From sequence record NC_049955.1: 45,560 nucleotides of DNA; one strand, written 5' to 3'. How positions within the stretch are numbered: position 1 is the first letter of the stretch; every line of letters begins with the position of its first letter. Positions 14,145 through 23,797 of this stretch are shown one piece after another. Source of the DNA: Escherichia phage ev243. The notes beneath the pieces are model-generated. The model did no database searches, was not told the DNA's origin, and was given only the letters and a program-made list of their open reading frames with translations. Both the position numbers and the translations under genes were made by a program.

Positions 14145-14888
14145 ATGACAGAGACAGAATCAGCGATTCTGGCGCACGCCCGGCGATGTGCGCCAGCGGA
14201 GTCGTGCGGCTTCGTGGTGAGAACGCCGGAGGGGGAAAGATATTTTCCCTGCGTGAATATCTCCGGTGAGCCGGAGGATTATTTCCGGATGTCGCCGGAG
14301 GACTGGCTGCAGGCAGAGATGCAGGGTGAGATTGTGGCGCTGGTCCACAGTCATCCCGGTGGTCTGCCCTGGCTGAGTGAGGCCGACCGGCGGCTGCAGG
14401 TGCAGAGTGATTTGCCGTGGTGGCTGGTCTGCCGGGGGGCGATTCACAAGTTCCGCTGTGTGCCGCATCTCACCGGGCGGCGCTTTGAGCACGGGGTGAC
14501 GGACTGTTACACGCTGTTCCGGGACGCTTACCATCTGGCGGGGATTGAGATGCCGGATTTTACGCGGGAGGATGACTGGTGGCGTCACGGTCAGAATCTC
14601 TATCTGGATAATCTGGAGGCAACGGGGCTGTATCAGGTGCCGTTGTCAGCGGCGCAGCCGGGCGATGTGCTGCTGTGCTGCTTTGGTTCATCGGTGCCGA
14701 ATCATGCCGCTATTTACTGTGGTGACGGCGAGCTGCTGCACCATATTCCTGAACAACTGAGCAAACGAGAGAGGTATACCGACAAATGGCAGCGACGCAC
14801 ACACTCCCTCTGGCGTCACCGGGCATGGCACGCATCTGCCTTTACGGGGATTTGCAACGATTTGGCCGCCGCATCGATCTTCGTGTGA
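14145..14888 (+). CDS. K: Tail tip assembly protein K (JAMM/MPN plus NlpC/P60-like); long-ORF start at 14145, alternative internal start at 14289
   Basis: Lambda gpK-like; HSHPGGLPWLSEAD JAMM-type motif; the classical 199-aa start (MSPEDW...) is internal at 14289. Confidence 0.85.
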   Translation: MTETESAILAHARRCAPAESCGFVVRTPEGERYFPCVNISGEPEDYFRMSPEDWLQAEMQGEIVALVHSHPGGLPWLSEADRRLQVQSDLPWWLVCRGAIHKFRCVPHLTGRRFEHGVTDCYTLFRDAYHLAGIEMPDFTREDDWWRHGQNLYLDNLEATGLYQVPLSAAQPGDVLLCCFGSSVPNHAAIYCGDGELLHHIPEQLSKRERYTDKWQRRTHSLWRHRAWHASAFTGICNDLAAASIFV

Positions 14889-15457
14889 AAACGGGGGCTG
14901 AAGCTATCCGGGCGCTGGCCACACAGCTCCCGGCGTTTCGTCAGAAACTGAGCGACGGCTGGTATCAGGTACGGATTGCCGGGCGGGACGTCAGCACGTC
15001 CGGGTTAACGGCGCAGTTACATGAGACTCTGCCTGATGGCGCTGTGATTCATATTGTTCCCAGAGTCGCCGGGGCCAAGTCAGGTGGCGTATTCCAGGTT
15101 GTCCTGGGGGCTGCCGCCATTGCCGGATCATTCTTTACCGCCGGAGCCACCCTTGCAGCATGGGGGGCAGCCATTGGGGCCGGTGGTATGACCGGCATCC
15201 TGTTTTCTCTCGGTGCCAGTATGGTGCTCGGTGGTGTGGCGCAGATGCTGGCACCGAAAGCCAGAACTCCCCGTACACAGACAACGGATAACGGCAAACA
15301 GAACACCTATTTCTCCTCACTGGATAACATGGTTGCCCAGGGCAATGTTCTGCCGGTTCTGTACGGTGAAATGCGCGTGGGGTCACGCGTGGTTTCTCAG
15401 GAGATCAGCACGGCAGACGAAGGGGATGGTGGTCAGGTTGTGGTGATTGGTCGCTGA
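14786..15457 (+). CDS. I: Tail tip assembly protein I
   Basis: 223 aa lambda gpI-like; overlaps K 3' end in another frame. Confidence 0.9.
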   Translation: MAATHTLPLASPGMARICLYGDLQRFGRRIDLRVKTGAEAIRALATQLPAFRQKLSDGWYQVRIAGRDVSTSGLTAQLHETLPDGAVIHIVPRVAGAKSGGVFQVVLGAAAIAGSFFTAGATLAAWGAAIGAGGMTGILFSLGASMVLGGVAQMLAPKARTPRTQTTDNGKQNTYFSSLDNMVAQGNVLPVLYGEMRVGSRVVSQEISTADEGDGGQVVVIGR

Positions 15458-15517
15458 TGCAAAATGTTTTATGTGAAACCGCCTCCGGGCGGTTTTGTCG
15501 TTTATGGAGCATGAGGA

Positions 15518-18500
15518 ATGGGTAAAGGCAGCAGTAAGGGGCATACCCCGCGTGAAGCGAAGGACAACCTGAAATCCACGCAGTTGCTGAGTGTGATCGA
15601 TGTCATCAGCGAAGGGCCGATTGAAGGTCCGGTGGATGGGTTAAAAAGCGTGCTGCTGAACAGTACGCCGGTGCTGGACAGTGAGGGGAATACCAATATC
15701 TCCGGTGTCACGGTGGTGTTCCGGGCAGGTGAGCAGGAGCAGACACCGCCGGAGGGGTTTGAATCCTCCGGCTCCGAGACGGTGCTGGGTACGGAAGTGA
15801 AATATGACACGCCGATCACCCGCACCATCACGTCGGCAAACATCGACCGTCTGCGCTTTACCTTCGGTGTGCAGGCACTGGTGGAAACCACCTCAAAAGG
15901 GGATCGGAATCCGTCGGAGGTCCGCCTGCTGGTTCAGATACAGCGTAATGGTGGCTGGGTGACGGAAAAAGACATCACCATTAAGGGTAAAACCACCTCG
16001 CAGTATCTGGCCTCAGTGGTGGTGGATAACCTGCCGCCGCGCCCGTTTAATATCCGGATGCGCAGGATGACGCCGGACAGCACCACAGACCAGCTGCAGA
16101 ACAAAACGCTCTGGTCGTCATACACCGAAATCATCGATGTGAAACAGTGCTACCCGAACACGGCACTGGTCGGTGTGCAGGTGGACTCGGAACAGTTCGG
16201 CAGCCAGCAGGTGAGCCGTAATTATCATCTTCGCGGGCGCATTCTGCAGGTGCCGTCGAACTATAACCCGCAGACGCGGCAATACAGCGGTATCTGGGAC
16301 GGAACGTTTAAGCCAGCATACAGCAACAACATGGCCTGGTGTCTGTGGGATATGCTGACCCACCCGCGCTATGGCATGGGGAAACGTCTTGGTGCGGCGG
16401 ATGTGGACAAATGGGCGCTGTATGTCATCGGCCAGTACTGCGACCAGTCAGTGCCGGACGGCTTTGGCGGCACGGAGCCGCGCATCACCTGTAATGCGTA
16501 CCTGACCACACAGCGCAAGGCGTGGGATGTGCTCAGTGATTTCTGCTCGGCGATGCGCTGTATGCCGGTATGGAACGGGCAGACGCTGACATTCGTGCAG
16601 GACCGACCGTCGGATAAGGTGTGGACCTATAACCGCAGTAATGTGGTGATGCCGGATGATGGCGCGCCGTTCCGCTACAGCTTCAGCGCCCTGAAAGACC
16701 GCCATAATGCCGTTGAGGTGAACTGGATTGACCCGAACAACGGCTGGGAGACGGCGACAGAGCTTGTGGAGGACACGCAGGCCATTGCCCGTTACGGTCG
16801 TAACGTCACGAAGATGGATGCCTTTGGCTGTACCAGCCGGGGGCAGGCACACCGCGCAGGGCTGTGGCTGATTAAAACAGAACTGCTGGAAACGCAGACC
16901 GTGGACTTCAGCGTGGGCGCAGAAGGGCTTCGCCATGTGCCGGGCGATGTCATTGAAATCTGTGATGATGACTATGCCGGTATCAGCACCGGCGGGCGCG
17001 TGCTGGCGGTAAACAGCCAGACCCGGACGCTGACGCTCGACCGTGAAATCACGCTGCCATCCTCCGGCACCACGCTGATAAGCCTGGTTGACGGTGAGGG
17101 TAATCCGGTCAGCGTGGAGGTCCAGTCCGTCACCGACGGCGTGAAGGTAAAAGTGAGCCGTGTTCCTGACGGTGTTGCTGAATACAGCGTATGGGGGCTG
17201 AAGCTGCCGACGCTGCGCCAGCGCCTGTTCCGCTGCGTGAGTATCCGTGAGAACGACGACGGCACGTATGCCATCACCGCCGTGCAGCATGTACCGGAAA
17301 AAGAGGCCATCGTGGATAACGGGGCGCACTTTGACGGCGACCAGAGCGGCACGGTAAATGGTGTCACGCCGCCAGCGGTGCAGCACCTGACCGCAGAAGT
17401 CACCGCAGACAGCGGGGAATACCAGGTGCTGGCCCGCTGGGACACGCCGAAGGTGGTGAAGGGGGTGAGCTTCCTGCTTCGCCTGACCGTGGCAGCGGAT
17501 GACGGCCGTGAGCGGCTGGTCAGCACGGCCCGGACGACGGAAACCACTTACCGCTTCACACAACTGGCTCTGGGGAACTACAGGCTGACAGTCCGGGCAG
17601 TAAATGCGTGGGGGCAGCAGGGCGATCCGGCGTCGGTATCGTTCCGGATTGCCGCACCGGCAGCGCCGTCGCGGATTGAGCTGACGCCGGGCTATTTTCA
17701 GATAACCGCCACGCCGCATCTTGCGGTTTATGACCCGACGGTACAGTTTGAGTTCTGGTTCTCGGAAAAACGGATTGCGGATATCAGGCAGGTTGAAACC
17801 AGCGCGCGTTATCTTGGTACGGCACTGTACTGGATAGCCGCCAGTATCAATATCAAACCGGGCCATGATTATTATTTTTACGTTCGCAGTGTGAACACCG
17901 TTGGCAAATCGGCATTCGTGGAGGCTGTCGGTCAGCCGAGTGATGATGCATCAGGCTATCTGGATTTTTTCAAAGGCGAGATAGGGAAAACCCATCTGGC
18001 TCAGGAGCTGTGGACGCAGATTGATAACGGTCAGCTTGCGCCTGACCTGACTGAAATCAGGACGTCCATAACGGATGTCAGCAATGAAATAACACAGACC
18101 GTCAATAAGAAACTGGAAGACCAGAGTGCAGCGATCCAGCAGATACAGAAGGTTCAGGTTGATACAAATAATAACCTGAACAGCATGTGGGCAGTGAAGC
18201 TGCAGCAGATGCAGGACGGACGCCTTTATATCGCGGGTATCGGTGCCGGTATTGAGAACACCCCTGACGGCATGCAGAGTCAGGTGCTGCTGGCAGCAGA
18301 CAGGATTGCGATGATTAATCCTGCGAATGGCAACACAAAGCCGATGTTTGTTGGTCAGGGCGATCAGATATTCATGAATGAAGTGTTCCTGAAACGCCTG
18401 ACGGCCCCCACCATTACCAGCGGCGGTAATCCTCCGGCATTTTCCCTGACATCAGACGGGAGACTGACGGCGAAAAATGCGGATATCAGTGGCAGTGTGA

Positions 18501-19015
18501 ATGCGAACTCAGGAACGCTCAACAATGTCACGATTAACCAGAACTGTACGATTAAGGGCATGCTGGAGGCGACCCAGGTCAGAGGAGATTTCGTTAAAGC
18601 TGTATCAAAAGCCTTCCCGAAAAAAGTCGGTACGTGGGGTAACACGGAAACACCAAACGGTACGGTTACAGTCACCATCAGCGATGATCATAACTTTGAC
18701 CGCCAGATTATTATTCCGCCCATTATTTTTAACGGTATAGCGTATGACGATCCGGGGAGCGGAAATAACCCAGGAGGCACGCGATACACGGGTTATGGTT
18801 TTGAAGTTCGCAAAAACGGCGTATTAATCGCATCCAGAGAAACTAAAGGGGCCATTCCCGGTAGTTACAGTGCAGTTATTGATATGCCGAGTGGCAGGGG
18901 AAGCGTCACTCTGGAGTTTAAGATTTTCCAGAAAGGCAATCAGGGGGCAGGCAATATCACCGACTGTACGGTGATTGTGACCAAAAAAGCCGCTTCCGGC
19001 ATCAGTATTCGTTGA
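15518..19015 (+). CDS. J: Central tail fibre / host specificity protein J
   Basis: 1165 aa; N-terminal ~800 aa closely lambda gpJ-like; the C-terminal region appears divergent and longer than my recollection of lambda J. Confidence 0.9.
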   Translation: MGKGSSKGHTPREAKDNLKSTQLLSVIDVISEGPIEGPVDGLKSVLLNSTPVLDSEGNTNISGVTVVFRAGEQEQTPPEGFESSGSETVLGTEVKYDTPITRTITSANIDRLRFTFGVQALVETTSKGDRNPSEVRLLVQIQRNGGWVTEKDITIKGKTTSQYLASVVVDNLPPRPFNIRMRRMTPDSTTDQLQNKTLWSSYTEIIDVKQCYPNTALVGVQVDSEQFGSQQVSRNYHLRGRILQVPSNYNPQTRQYSGIWDGTFKPAYSNNMAWCLWDMLTHPRYGMGKRLGAADVDKWALYVIGQYCDQSVPDGFGGTEPRITCNAYLTTQRKAWDVLSDFCSAMRCMPVWNGQTLTFVQDRPSDKVWTYNRSNVVMPDDGAPFRYSFSALKDRHNAVEVNWIDPNNGWETATELVEDTQAIARYGRNVTKMDAFGCTSRGQAHRAGLWLIKTELLETQTVDFSVGAEGLRHVPGDVIEICDDDYAGISTGGRVLAVNSQTRTLTLDREITLPSSGTTLISLVDGEGNPVSVEVQSVTDGVKVKVSRVPDGVAEYSVWGLKLPTLRQRLFRCVSIRENDDGTYAITAVQHVPEKEAIVDNGAHFDGDQSGTVNGVTPPAVQHLTAEVTADSGEYQVLARWDTPKVVKGVSFLLRLTVAADDGRERLVSTARTTETTYRFTQLALGNYRLTVRAVNAWGQQGDPASVSFRIAAPAAPSRIELTPGYFQITATPHLAVYDPTVQFEFWFSEKRIADIRQVETSARYLGTALYWIAASINIKPGHDYYFYVRSVNTVGKSAFVEAVGQPSDDASGYLDFFKGEIGKTHLAQELWTQIDNGQLAPDLTEIRTSITDVSNEITQTVNKKLEDQSAAIQQIQKVQVDTNNNLNSMWAVKLQQMQDGRLYIAGIGAGIENTPDGMQSQVLLAADRIAMINPANGNTKPMFVGQGDQIFMNEVFLKRLTAPTITSGGNPPAFSLTSDGRLTAKNADISGSVNANSGTLNNVTINQNCTIKGMLEATQVRGDFVKAVSKAFPKKVGTWGNTETPNGTVTVTISDDHNFDRQIIIPPIIFNGIAYDDPGSGNNPGGTRYTGYGFEVRKNGVLIASRETKGAIPGSYSAVIDMPSGRGSVTLEFKIFQKGNQGAGNITDCTVIVTKKAASGISIR

Positions 19016-19036
19016 AATATTTATAACCCCAATAAA

Positions 19037-19064
19037 GGGCGTCAGGAATGACGCCTTTTTTATT
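19037..19064 (+). terminator. Rho-independent terminator after J
   Basis: ggcgtc-aggaat-gacgcc followed by tttttt. Confidence 0.7.
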
Positions 19065-19085
19065 GCAGAAAAGCGAGAGGTAATT

Positions 19086-19685
19086 ATGCGTAAAGTTTGT
19101 GCAGCAATTTTGTCCGCAGCCATTTGTCTGGCCGTATCCGGTGCGCCTGCATGGGCGTCTGAACATCAGTCCACGCTGAGCGCGGGGTATCTTCATGCCT
19201 CGACGAACGTCCCCGGCAGTGATGATCTGAACGGGATTAACGTGAAATACCGTTATGAGTTTACGGACACACTGGGGCTGGTGACGTCATTCAGCTATGC
19301 AGGAGACAAGAATCGCCAGCTGACCCGTTACAGCGATACCCGCTGGCATGAAGATTCCGTTCGTAACCGCTGGTTCAGCGTAATGGCGGGGCCGTCTGTG
19401 CGCGTGAATGAATGGTTCAGCGCGTATGCGATGGCGGGTGTAGCTTACAGCCGTGTGTCGACTTTCTCCGGGGATTATCTTCGCGTAACTGACAACAAGG
19501 GGAAAAAGCACGATGTGCTGACCGGAAGTGATGACGGTCGCCACAGCAACACGTCTCTGGCGTGGGGGGCTGGCGTGCAGTTTAACCCGACCGAATCCGT
19601 GGCCATTGATATTGCTTATGAAGGCTCCGGCAGTGGCGACTGGCGCACTGACGGTTTCATCGTGGGTGTCGGTTATAAATTCTGA
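19086..19685 (+). CDS. lom: Lom/Ail-family outer membrane protein
   Basis: 199 aa with signal peptide; C-terminal ...VAIDIAYEGSGSGDWRTDGFIVGVGYKF as in lambda Lom; N-terminal two-thirds divergent. Confidence 0.85.
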   Translation: MRKVCAAILSAAICLAVSGAPAWASEHQSTLSAGYLHASTNVPGSDDLNGINVKYRYEFTDTLGLVTSFSYAGDKNRQLTRYSDTRWHEDSVRNRWFSVMAGPSVRVNEWFSAYAMAGVAYSRVSTFSGDYLRVTDNKGKKHDVLTGSDDGRHSNTSLAWGAGVQFNPTESVAIDIAYEGSGSGDWRTDGFIVGVGYKF

Positions 19686-19711
19686 TTAGCCAGGTAACAC
19701 AGTGTTATGAC

Positions 19712-19740
19712 AGCCCGCCGGTTCAGGCGGGCTTTTTTGT
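19712..19740 (+). terminator. Rho-independent terminator after lom
   Basis: agcccgcc-ggttca-ggcgggct followed by ttttttg. Confidence 0.75.
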
Positions 19741-19743
19741 GGG

Positions 19744-21813
19744 GTGAATATGGCAGTAAAGATTTCAGGTGTACTGAAAGACGGCACAGGAAAACCGGTA
19801 CAGAACTGCACAATCCAGCTGAAAGCAAAACGTAACAGCACCACGGTGGTGGTGAACACGCTGGCCTCAGAAAATCCGGATGAAGCCGGGCGTTACAGCA
19901 TGGACGTTGAGTACGGGCAGTACAGCGTTATTCTGTTGGTGGAGGGATTCCCGCCGTCACATGCCGGGACCATTACCGTGTATGAAGATTCTCAACCCGG
20001 TACGCTGAATGATTTTCTCGGTGCCATGACGGAGGATGATGCCCGTCCGGAGGCATTGCGCCGTTTTGAGCTGATGGTGAATGAAGTGGCACGTCATGCC
20101 GGAGCGTCATCACAGAGTGCAGCGGCGGCAAAGAAATCCGAAACGGCAGCAGCCTCATCGAAGAATGCGGCGAAAACCTCAGAAACGAATGCAGCTAACA
20201 GCGCACAGGCGGCAGCGGCCTCGCAGACTGCATCGGCAAACTCCGCGACAGCAGCCAAAAAATCAGAAACCAGCGCGAAAAATAGCGAGACAGCCACAAA
20301 GGCCAGCGAAAAAAACGCAAAATCCAGCCAGACGGCAGCGAAAACCAGTGAGACGAATGCCAAAGACAGTGAAGCCAACGCAAAGGTGAGCGAAACAGCG
20401 GCGGCGAACTCGGCGAAAGCATCGGCAGCAAGCCAGACGGCAGCAAAAGCAAGTGAAGATGCTGCCAGAGAATACGCAAACCAGACAGCAGAGCCGTACA
20501 GATATGTTTTACAGCCGCTGCCGGATGTGTGGATACCCTTTAATGATTCGCTGGATATGATTACGGGCTATTCTCCGGGTTATAAAAAAGTGAAGATTGG
20601 TGATAATGTGGTTCAGGTTGCCAGTGATAAACAGGTTAATTTCAGTCGCGCATCAACGGCAACATATATCAACAAATCTGGCGAACTGAAAACGGCGGAA
20701 ATTAATGAGCCGCGATTTGAGTGTGATGGCCTGCTTATTGAGGGACAAAGAACGAACTTCTTCCAGAACAGTACAGACCCTTCGAAGTGGAATAAGTCAA
20801 CTTCACTGGACGTTACAGAAACAGGCACAGATAGTTTCGGGTTTAATTATGGTCGGTTTGTCGTACAGGATTCGATTGTTGGTACAAGTAAAGCGCATAC
20901 CATTATCGGACTGTATTCGAGTACCGGAGGGGTTGATACTTCAGGGGACGAAAAGCATGTAACTATATCCTGTCGGGTAAAAAGTGAAGTTGATAATATC
21001 GCCGTTCGTATTTTATTTGAACATTATGATGGGGAGGTAAGGACATCAATAGGAGCAGCAAACCTGAACCTTACCACCCGCATAATTAGCAAGACAGGTC
21101 AGACAAGCCGTGTTACAGCAAGGTCTGTTAAGGATGATGCAACTGGCTGGATATTTTTTGAGGCTACATTAAAAGCAGATACAACAGAAAATACGGTTGG
21201 TGGTTTTGTCCAGTATTCTCCGGATACAGGGCAGATGGTTACATCAGGGGATTATCTCGATGTAACCACTCCACAGATTGAGGCTGGTACAGGCGCATCA
21301 TCTTTTATTGTTACGGGGACGGCACCGGCAACGCGGGCAAGCGATATGGTGACAGTCCCAATCAAGAATAACCTTTATAATCTTCCTTTTACGGTTCTTT
21401 GTGAGGTACATAAGAACTGGTATAAAACGCCAAATGCAGCACCGCGTGTTTTTGACACATACCGGCATCAGGCAGATGCGGGGATCGTAATGGGGTTTGG
21501 TTCATCAGGTGGGTACGACGGTTTTCCGTATTGTGATATAGGTGGTTCAGACCGACGAATAAATGAAAATGCCGGGCTGGAAAAAATGCTTATTGGTATG
21601 CGGGTAAAGTCCGAACGGTCCACATGTGTAGTCAGTAACGGTAAGTTAAGCAGCGAAACTAAAACCAAATGGGAATATATCCGGAGTACAGCAACCATTC
21701 GCATTGGTGGACAAACTACAGCAGGATTACGCCATTTATTTGGGCATGTGAGGAATTTTCGTCTCTGGCATAAAGAGCTAACAGATGCGCAGCTTGGGGA
21801 GGTTGTGGAGTGA
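19744..21813 (+). CDS. stf: Side tail fibre protein (chimeric: lambda Stf-like N-terminus, repeat shaft, lectin-like C-terminal domain)
   Basis: 689 aa; N-terminal MAVKISGVLKDGTGKPVQNCTIQLKA... matches lambda Stf; the C-terminus ends with an LamG/ConA-like signature (...FGHVRNFRLWHKELTDAQLGEVVE). Confidence 0.8.
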   Translation: MNMAVKISGVLKDGTGKPVQNCTIQLKAKRNSTTVVVNTLASENPDEAGRYSMDVEYGQYSVILLVEGFPPSHAGTITVYEDSQPGTLNDFLGAMTEDDARPEALRRFELMVNEVARHAGASSQSAAAAKKSETAAASSKNAAKTSETNAANSAQAAAASQTASANSATAAKKSETSAKNSETATKASEKNAKSSQTAAKTSETNAKDSEANAKVSETAAANSAKASAASQTAAKASEDAAREYANQTAEPYRYVLQPLPDVWIPFNDSLDMITGYSPGYKKVKIGDNVVQVASDKQVNFSRASTATYINKSGELKTAEINEPRFECDGLLIEGQRTNFFQNSTDPSKWNKSTSLDVTETGTDSFGFNYGRFVVQDSIVGTSKAHTIIGLYSSTGGVDTSGDEKHVTISCRVKSEVDNIAVRILFEHYDGEVRTSIGAANLNLTTRIISKTGQTSRVTARSVKDDATGWIFFEATLKADTTENTVGGFVQYSPDTGQMVTSGDYLDVTTPQIEAGTGASSFIVTGTAPATRASDMVTVPIKNNLYNLPFTVLCEVHKNWYKTPNAAPRVFDTYRHQADAGIVMGFGSSGGYDGFPYCDIGGSDRRINENAGLEKMLIGMRVKSERSTCVVSNGKLSSETKTKWEYIRSTATIRIGGQTTAGLRHLFGHVRNFRLWHKELTDAQLGEVVE
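20100..20470 (+). repeat. Coding low-complexity tandem repeat (A/S/T/K/E/N-rich shaft repeats within stf)
   Basis: Reiterated ...AAKTSETNA.../...SAKNSETATKASEKNAKSS... units; out-of-frame reads give spurious R/Q/P-rich ORFs. Confidence 0.7.
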
Positions 21814-22088
21814 GAGATTTCACGTTGCGTTTCAGTGATAAAGCAGATTTCAGGGCATTTCTCAGGAAACTTAACTGGGAAGAGGACGAAGAGCTGCAGA
21901 ATGCCGTTCTGGTTGATGAGATTGGTTTTACGTTCAGTGAGTCAGGTGTTTCTGCTGACGGGGAGCCTGAATACACGCGAGACGAAGGGTACTTTGTTAA
22001 TATTCGTCTTCTTGACGATGGCTTTGATGAATCCGTGTTCCGTGAGTGGGTGGTTACACCAGAGCGCCCGCTAAGGGAGTGGTTTTAA
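21810..22088 (+). CDS. Small strongly acidic hypothetical protein, GTG start overlapping the stf stop (GTGA)
   Basis: 92 aa ORF with about 23 D/E versus 11 K/R by my count; occupies the position where tfa normally sits but shows no Tfa similarity. Confidence 0.5.
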   Translation: MRDFTLRFSDKADFRAFLRKLNWEEDEELQNAVLVDEIGFTFSESGVSADGEPEYTRDEGYFVNIRLLDDGFDESVFREWVVTPERPLREWF

Positions 22089-22097
22089 GGGGAGCAG

Positions 22098-22391
22098 ATG
22101 GATATCACGTCGATACTTCATGCGCTTTGTGCCGTGGCGGTGCAGGTACTGGCTGGTCTTTTTACCGGAAACTGGGCTTACGGGGCGATAGCCGGTTGTA
22201 CGTTCTTCATTGCGCGTGAACACACCCAGGCAGAATATCGCTGGATTGAAATGTTCGGGCATGGCAAGCGGATTAACATGCCGTGGTGGGGCGGTTTTGA
22301 TCCACGTGCATGGGATGTGGCAAGCCTGATGGATTTTGCTGTGCCGGTGGTGGCGTGTCTGCTGGTCTGGCTGTTGGTTAATCGTGGGTGA
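22098..22391 (+). CDS. Small hypothetical membrane protein (two predicted TM segments)
   Basis: 97 aa; hydrophobic stretches ILHALCAVAVQVLAGLF and FAVPVVACLLVWLLV. Confidence 0.5.
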   Translation: MDITSILHALCAVAVQVLAGLFTGNWAYGAIAGCTFFIAREHTQAEYRWIEMFGHGKRINMPWWGGFDPRAWDVASLMDFAVPVVACLLVWLLVNRG

Positions 22392-22543
22392 AAAAGGTGA
22401 GCAGTATATGCAACGAAGGAGGAAACATCATTGCTGGCGGCATGGAAGGCATGCAGGGTGTTGCTGAACCGTGTTGATACATCAACTGCACCTGATATTG
22501 AGTGGCCTACGAACCCTGTCAGGGAGTAATCATTGGGATTATG

Positions 22544-22592
22544 CCGCAGCACGTCTTAAGCAAGAACGTGCTGCGGTTGGATGCTATTTTTT
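22544..22592. terminator. Stem-loop between convergent genes (possible terminator)
   Basis: 11-bp perfect stem ccgcagcacgt/acgtgctgcgg; T-run begins about 10 nt downstream on the plus strand. Confidence 0.35.
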
Positions 22593-23252
22593 CCCTGAAG
22601 CGGAAAACATTACTACAGTACCTTGAACCTTGGTTTTAACATTCTCGAAATGCTCTGAGAGTATATGTGTTAAGCCTTCTTCGGAATCTTTTGTGTTTGA
22701 AAAGATGCCTTTCTGATTGTAAATGCGCATCAGTTTTTGACCGAAGCTATTGTGCACAACTCCATCGCCAAGAATTGTGGCTCCGTATAGAGTTCCATCG
22801 TCAGTTAAGGCCTGCGCCGCATTGCGTATTACACAGCTTTTTGTAGATATATTTCCAGGCAGGCAGTGAAGAAGGTAAAACATGGAAATGGAATCAAATT
22901 GACCATGTAACGCCGCGGGATAAGGTTCAAAAACATCATGGCTAATTTTATGTTTAATTTTTGATTCCCCTGCCCTTGTAGATGCCGCGTTCAGGCTAGC
23001 TTCGTTCAAATCCATTAAAGATATCAGACTACTCTCAGGTACGTGAGTAAGGTAAAACCCAGTTCCAACACCAATATCCAGATGGTTGTTACCTAAATGT
23101 TCCAGAAAGTGTGGAAGAAGGTGTTCCTTTGTAGGACATCCCCATGCAAGCCGATTTGATACTCCCAAAACCCACCAGTCATAAAGCTTTAGGGTAAGTG
23201 GTGTGTAAATTTTAGCCCCATCATCTGTGTTTTTTTTCATTAATTTCACCAT
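22584..23252 (-). CDS. Class I SAM-dependent methyltransferase (DLP12 YbcY-like)
   Basis: 222 aa; motif I-like DIGVGTGFYL; AT-rich; convergent with the tail genes, as ybcY is in DLP12. Confidence 0.7.
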   Translation of the reverse strand: MVKLMKKNTDDGAKIYTPLTLKLYDWWVLGVSNRLAWGCPTKEHLLPHFLEHLGNNHLDIGVGTGFYLTHVPESSLISLMDLNEASLNAASTRAGESKIKHKISHDVFEPYPAALHGQFDSISMFYLLHCLPGNISTKSCVIRNAAQALTDDGTLYGATILGDGVVHNSFGQKLMRIYNQKGIFSNTKDSEEGLTHILSEHFENVKTKVQGTVVMFSASGKK

Positions 23253-23308
23253 GTTATAGTTTTATTTGTGAATTAAATCAATTATGGCGATGAATTACAA
23301 GGGGTTAA

Positions 23309-23614
23309 ATGCTGCCGCAGCATAGCGATATTGAAATAGCCTGGTATGCTTCGATACAGCAGGAGCCGAATGGCTGGAAGACCGTCACCACACAGTTCTA
23401 CATCCAGGAATTCAGTGAGTATATTGCGCCACTGCAGGATGCTGTAGATCTGGAAATCGCAACGGAGGAAGAAAGATCGTTGCTGGAGGCATGGAATAAA
23501 TATCGGGTATTGTTGAATCGAGTTGATACATCAGTAGCTCTGGGTATGAAGCTGTTTGTAACTCATGTTACAGTAACAGTCATTACTATCTCGAAGGTGC
23601 AAAATGTATATTGA
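23309..23614 (+). CDS. Hypothetical protein
   Basis: 101 aa ORF divergent from the methyltransferase; no recognisable motif. Confidence 0.35.
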   Translation: MLPQHSDIEIAWYASIQQEPNGWKTVTTQFYIQEFSEYIAPLQDAVDLEIATEEERSLLEAWNKYRVLLNRVDTSVALGMKLFVTHVTVTVITISKVQNVY

Positions 23615-23742
23615 TTTGATATTTTATAAATTTACTTCGAATCTGGCACGTCAACTTTTGATTAAAGTAATATCAGTTTTCGGCGAAAAAAGGACCGTGT
23701 ACATGAGACGATTTCATACAATAATAACAAAAATATGAATAT

Positions 23743-23776
23743 GCTCCCAATGCAATATATGTTTTGCATTGGGAGC
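23743..23776 (-). terminator. Rho-independent terminator downstream of the hydrolase gene
   Basis: 13-bp perfect stem gctcccaatgcaa/ttgcattgggagc; T-rich tract follows on the minus strand. Confidence 0.6.
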
Positions 23777-23797
23777 AAATAGCGGAATATTTTGAAA

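Noticed and set aside
16448..17866. 472-aa minus-strand ORF (and nested 191-aa ORF) inside J
   Set aside because: Arginine/proline-rich antisense read-through of a GC-rich coding region; J on the plus strand is strongly supported.
20081..20479. 102-aa R/Q/P-rich plus-strand ORF and 94-aa minus-strand ORFs across the stf repeat region
   Set aside because: Out-of-frame or antisense translations of the GCA/GCG-rich A/S/T/K repeat in stf.
22410..22470. 19-codon basic mini-ORF ([19 protein letters not shown]) after the membrane protein gene
   Set aside because: Too short and lacking an SD to call from sequence alone.
21810..22583. Tail fibre assembly gene tfa expected after stf
   Set aside because: Neither downstream ORF resembles Tfa as I recall it; not called.
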